Shown: positions 6,798 to 10,057 of the stretch, piece by piece
Layout: each line of letters starts with the position of its first letter
Position numbering within the stretch: the stretch's first letter is position 1
From: Snowella sp.
Lineage (GTDB): Bacteria; Cyanobacteriota; Cyanobacteriia; Cyanobacteriales; Microcystaceae
DNA length: 10,057 nt
Direction: 5' to 3'
Assembly: GCA_035285545.1 (NCBI GenBank)
Contig: JAYKGY010000073.1
Coordinates: 1-10,057 of the forward strand
Notes under the pieces: model-generated
Told to the model about the DNA's origin: nothing
Databases searched by the model: none
Seen by the model: only the letters and a program-made list of their open reading frames with translations
Translations under genes and position numbers: made by a program

Positions 6798-8000
6798 ATG
6801 AATAATGCCAAAGCTAGACCACCGCAATTTCCTATGAGTAATTCTGACTTCTTTTCTTTGTTGCCTGAAGATGAATCGTCACCAGAGTCTTTAAACGCTT
6901 TTTTTGAGATGGAGCAAGTCCCGACGCTTTCAGAAGACAGTAACACTCAGGAGCCGTTAATGTCTTTGGATGATTTATTTAGCAAGATGGCGTTTAATGA
7001 TGATTCTTCCCTGTCTTTATTGGATAATTTAGACGGCTTAGATTCTTTCGAGGTCAATAGCTTGGAAGCGGTTAATCCCCCTTCAACGATCGCCGTGATG
7101 GAAATGCCGCGATCGCCTGATCTCCAATTCGTTTCTCCCTTAACCCCACCATTATTATTAGAACAGGAAAATTTAACGCAAGAACTAGCGGTTTATAAAC
7201 AGGCTTTACAGGAAGCAGAACGGCAATTAGAAGGGAAAGAACGGCGATCGCAGAGTACGGATCAGTTAATTGATCAGCAAGCGGAAGAATTAAGCAAAAT
7301 CCAAGAGCATCTAGCTTACACGGTGGCAGAACTCCAGGTTCACCAAGAAGAAGCCCAGCGTCAACAACTACAACTCGAAACGGTAACAGAAAAATTAACC
7401 CTCAGCCAATCTCAAGTGGCTCAGTTAGAGCGAGATTGTTCCCTGCTGAAAGAAACCTGTCAGGAAAAAACCGAGCAATTGCAACTCCTAGAACAACAAA
7501 TCGAAGAATTACGGGTACGTTTGCAACGCCAGCAACGCTACTCTCTCCAATACAAGACGGCTCTGGAACAGTGTTTAGCGACTCCCAGTTTTAGTCCTTC
7601 GTCTGATGTGGCCCACGCGATCGCCTCTTTAACGGGGCAAACTCCGATTATCCAACCCTGGTCATTAGCTGATGAACCCACAACGGTTAAGGTGAAGGAA
7701 AAGATGGAAATCAACGCCTCCTTACCCAATGCCGATGACCTTACTGCGGAACACTCAGTAACCGCTACAACCCACTCGTTAACCCAAGCTCCTGTCGAAC
7801 CACCGCGATCGCTCCCAACGGAAACAATGCCCGAACCTGCGGTTGCTCAAACCCCTATCCCTGAACCTGAACCCAGGTTGCCTTTTCCACCAAAACGCGA
7901 TCGCGCCCTATTGAGCTTCGCCATTCGTCCTAATGCCCAATCTGCTCGTCGTAATATTGATTTACCCCAGTTTGTCCGTCAAACCTCGGCAAAGCAATGA
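6798..8000 (+). CDS. Conserved-looking cyanobacterial coiled-coil protein of unknown function
   Basis: 400 aa: acidic low-complexity N-terminus, Q/E/L-rich heptad region at about aa 119-260 ending QQRYSLQYKTALEQCL, IQPWS motif, Pro-rich linker, C-terminal IDLPQFVRQ. Alternative start ATG at 6834. Confidence 0.85.
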   Translation: MNNAKARPPQFPMSNSDFFSLLPEDESSPESLNAFFEMEQVPTLSEDSNTQEPLMSLDDLFSKMAFNDDSSLSLLDNLDGLDSFEVNSLEAVNPPSTIAVMEMPRSPDLQFVSPLTPPLLLEQENLTQELAVYKQALQEAERQLEGKERRSQSTDQLIDQQAEELSKIQEHLAYTVAELQVHQEEAQRQQLQLETVTEKLTLSQSQVAQLERDCSLLKETCQEKTEQLQLLEQQIEELRVRLQRQQRYSLQYKTALEQCLATPSFSPSSDVAHAIASLTGQTPIIQPWSLADEPTTVKVKEKMEINASLPNADDLTAEHSVTATTHSLTQAPVEPPRSLPTETMPEPAVAQTPIPEPEPRLPFPPKRDRALLSFAIRPNAQSARRNIDLPQFVRQTSAKQ

Positions 8001-8058
8001 ACCCTTCTCAGAGTCCGATAGAATAGGTTAACAGCCCTCGGATTCATCCCCTGCGACT

Positions 8059-8823
8059 ATGGCCCCGACAGAAGTAAAAAAAACACCCCCAACCGATCAA
8101 GAGAGCTTTCTGGACGAAGTTCCCGATGATGTGGAAATGTCTCTGTTTGATCACCTCGAAGAATTACGGTTACGCATTTTTTATTCTTTAGGGGCGATCT
8201 TAGTAGGCGTGATCCTGTGCTTTATTGAAGTTAAGCCCCTCGTCAAAGTTTTAGAACTACCCGCAGAGGGCGTTAAATTTCTTCAGCTCGCACCAGGAGA
8301 ATTTTTCTTCGTTTCCATTAAAGTCGCAGGCTATAGCGGTATTTTACTCGCTAGCCCCTTTATTCTTTATCAAATCATTCTATTTGTCCTCCCTGGATTA
8401 ACCCGCCGAGAGCGTTTTCTATTGGGGCCCGTCGTTCTCGGTTCTGGTGTTCTCTTTTTTGCAGGCTTGGCTTTTTCCTACTTTGCTCTAATTCCTGCTG
8501 CCCTTAACTTTTTTATTCACTATGGGGCGGATGTCGTCGAGCAAATATGGTCAATTGATCGCTACTTTGAATTTGTTTTATTGCTGATGTTTAGTACCGG
8601 ATTAGCATTCCAAATTCCGGTCATTCAGCTAATTCTCGGTAATTTAAATATTGTTTCTTCCACCCAAATGCTCAGTGGGTGGCGTTACGTGGTTTTAGGC
8701 GCTGTTATCTTAGGCGCAGTCCTAACCCCTTCAACCGATCCCCTCACCCAATCGCTTTTAGCTGGGGCTGTTTTAGGATTGTATTTTGGTGGAATCGGAC
8801 TGGTCAAATTAACAGGAAAATAA
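8059..8823 (+). CDS. tatC: Twin-arginine translocase subunit TatC
   Basis: 254 aa; [54 protein letters not shown] motifs; six TM segments. Confidence 0.97.
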   Translation: MAPTEVKKTPPTDQESFLDEVPDDVEMSLFDHLEELRLRIFYSLGAILVGVILCFIEVKPLVKVLELPAEGVKFLQLAPGEFFFVSIKVAGYSGILLASPFILYQIILFVLPGLTRRERFLLGPVVLGSGVLFFAGLAFSYFALIPAALNFFIHYGADVVEQIWSIDRYFEFVLLLMFSTGLAFQIPVIQLILGNLNIVSSTQMLSGWRYVVLGAVILGAVLTPSTDPLTQSLLAGAVLGLYFGGIGLVKLTGK

Positions 8824-8946
8824 CCCCTCCGACGTATTACGCAGGCTTCCTCCCATCGTTTCCGTATCTCCGCTATATTAATAAAAGTGCATTTAAAATC
8901 CTTAGCATTGCTTATTCAAACTTGATGAATTGAAATAATTTCATCC

Positions 8947-8975
8947 TTGAAAGTCTGATTGTGTCCGGTTAAGTT
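8947..8975 (+). promoter_or_regulatory. Candidate sigma70-type promoter for the Lon-domain gene
   Basis: TTGAAA (8947-8952), 17 nt, TAAGTT (8970-8975); 76 nt upstream of ATG 9052. Confidence 0.4.
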
Positions 8976-9051
8976 ATTCCTTTCTAAAAATTAGCAATCC
9001 TAACAACCCGTTCCCTTAGCGATATCAATTTATTAATTTATTAAAGAGATC

Positions 9052-9693
9052 ATGCGTTCTTCATCCTCCCTTGCTATTAGAGAACTTCCCCTTTTTCCGT
9101 TACCTGAAGTAGTACTCTTTCCTGGACGACCGCTCCCTCTTCATGTGTTTGAATTCCGTTATCGCATTATGATGAATTCAATTTTGGAAGATGACCGTCG
9201 CTTTGGGGTATTAATGATTGATCCGGCCACGGGAGAAATTGCGAGTGTGGGGTGTTGTGCGGAAGTCTTAAGATTTCAACGTTTACCCGATGATCGGATG
9301 AAAATGCTAACGTTAGGTCAACAGCGTTTTCGCGTTTTAGAATATGTTAGGGAAAAACCCTATCGAGTTGGCTTAGTAGAATGGATCGAAGACGAACCCA
9401 CCCATCAGGATTTACGACCCTTGGCCAAGGAAGTTGATCGCTTACTCCATGATGTCGTTAGGTTATCCGCAAAATTAACGGATCAGCCCTTAGAGCTACC
9501 AGATAATATTCCTGTGCTACCCGTTGAATTATCCTATTGGGTTGCCGGTAACCTATACGGAGTCGCGGCAGAACAACAAGCACTATTAGAATTGCAAAAT
9601 ACGGCCGAACGCTTACAAAAAGAGGCTGAAATTTTAATTTCTACCCGCAACCATTTAGCTGCTAGAACGGCCTTAAAAGATGCCCTTCAATAA
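9052..9693 (+). CDS. Stand-alone Lon peptidase substrate-binding (N-terminal) domain protein
   Basis: 213 aa; RELPLFPLPEVVLFPGRPLPLHVFEFRYRIMM, GQQRFRV, EQQALLE motifs of the Lon N-domain; no Walker A and no protease domain. Confidence 0.92.
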   Translation: MRSSSSLAIRELPLFPLPEVVLFPGRPLPLHVFEFRYRIMMNSILEDDRRFGVLMIDPATGEIASVGCCAEVLRFQRLPDDRMKMLTLGQQRFRVLEYVREKPYRVGLVEWIEDEPTHQDLRPLAKEVDRLLHDVVRLSAKLTDQPLELPDNIPVLPVELSYWVAGNLYGVAAEQQALLELQNTAERLQKEAEILISTRNHLAARTALKDALQ

Positions 9694-9788
9694 TCTTTTC
9701 TTGAGATTGAGTGAAGCATTTTAAACCAGCCTTTAGGGGAAAAATTTCTCTCCTCAAATGGCATGATTGAACTTTTCTAAATAAATTG

Positions 9789-9810
9789 AATTAAATGCTA
9801 ATTAAATGCT
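9789..9810. repeat. Perfect 11-bp tandem duplication AATTAAATGCT x2
   Basis: 9789-9799 and 9800-9810 are identical; AT-rich non-coding context. Confidence 0.75.
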
Positions 9811-10057
9811 ATCAATTAGCTACCTTCAATTTGTCAATGAAATAATTCATAGCCGTTTTGCTCAAGTCTATTCCGAACTCCTTTTAGTTGGGATGAAAGG
9901 CAATAGACTAGTCACGCAGCATAAATAACTGAATTCTAAAATAAATCTTAATATCATTCCTGAAACGATATCATCAGCCTTTATTTGCGTTATTTTTAGC
10001 TTAATGCTCAAAGAAAAAAGTTTCGCTTTATGGTAACGCTACTTGAAAATCCCTTTC

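Larger units (their letters stand above)
1989..7904. repeat. HIP1 octamer GCGATCGC, 12 perfect dispersed copies
   Basis: Copies start at 1989, 2261, 3576, 3944, 4260, 4622, 5756, 7109, 7244, 7617, 7805 and 7897; near-matches at 437, 2987, 6667 and 7086. HIP1 is the established highly iterated palindrome of many cyanobacteria. Confidence 0.92.

Noticed and set aside
7538..7729. 63-aa minus-strand ORF from the track
   Set aside because: Antisense within the 400-aa coiled-coil gene; no supporting signals.
8011..8045. Stem GAGTCCGA/TCGGATTC in the tatC leader
   Set aside because: 8-bp stem with a 19-nt loop and no U-tract; too weak to call a terminator or regulatory RNA.
8679..8933. 84-aa plus-strand ORF from the track
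   Set aside because: Overlaps the tatC 3' end by 145 nt out of frame; non-protein-like composition.
9027..9044. AATTTATT tandem repeat upstream of the Lon-domain ATG
   Set aside because: Pure A/T low-complexity sequence expected by chance.
9052..9693. Calling the Lon-domain gene a truncated lon pseudogene
   Set aside because: Intact ORF with a clean stop and no downstream AAA+ or protease remnants seen; stand-alone Lon N-domain proteins are normal in cyanobacteria.
10028..10057. Possible 3' end of a minus-strand gene entering from the right edge (ERDFQVALP-stop)
   Set aside because: Only 10 codons visible; cannot be supported without flanking sequence.

Overview
Mostly core-genome DNA from a cyanobacterium, identified by 12 perfect HIP1 GCGATCGC octamers and cyanobacteria-typical gene families. 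Left to right: the 5' part of an unannotated two-TM membrane protein gene running off the left edge (-); an AT-rich region with repeated palindromic operator-like motifs; fbaA (class II fructose-bisphosphate aldolase, -) with RBS and intrinsic terminator; a translationally coupled DUF3038/DUF4335 pair (-); tRNA-Ser(CGA) (-) directly behind comEC (-); a divergent small coiled-coil/TM protein (+); a ~135-nt self-complementary intergenic element; a DUF4079 membrane protein (-); a 400-aa coiled-coil protein (+); tatC (+); and a stand-alone Lon substrate-binding-domain gene (+). I see no transposase, integrase, CRISPR array or defence system. The best leads are an FtsZ C-terminal-peptide-like tail (IDLPQFVRQ) on the coiled-coil protein, the structured element at 6071-6207 and the operator-like array at 363-465. 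All three are untested hypotheses. Family names are from recognition, not database searches.
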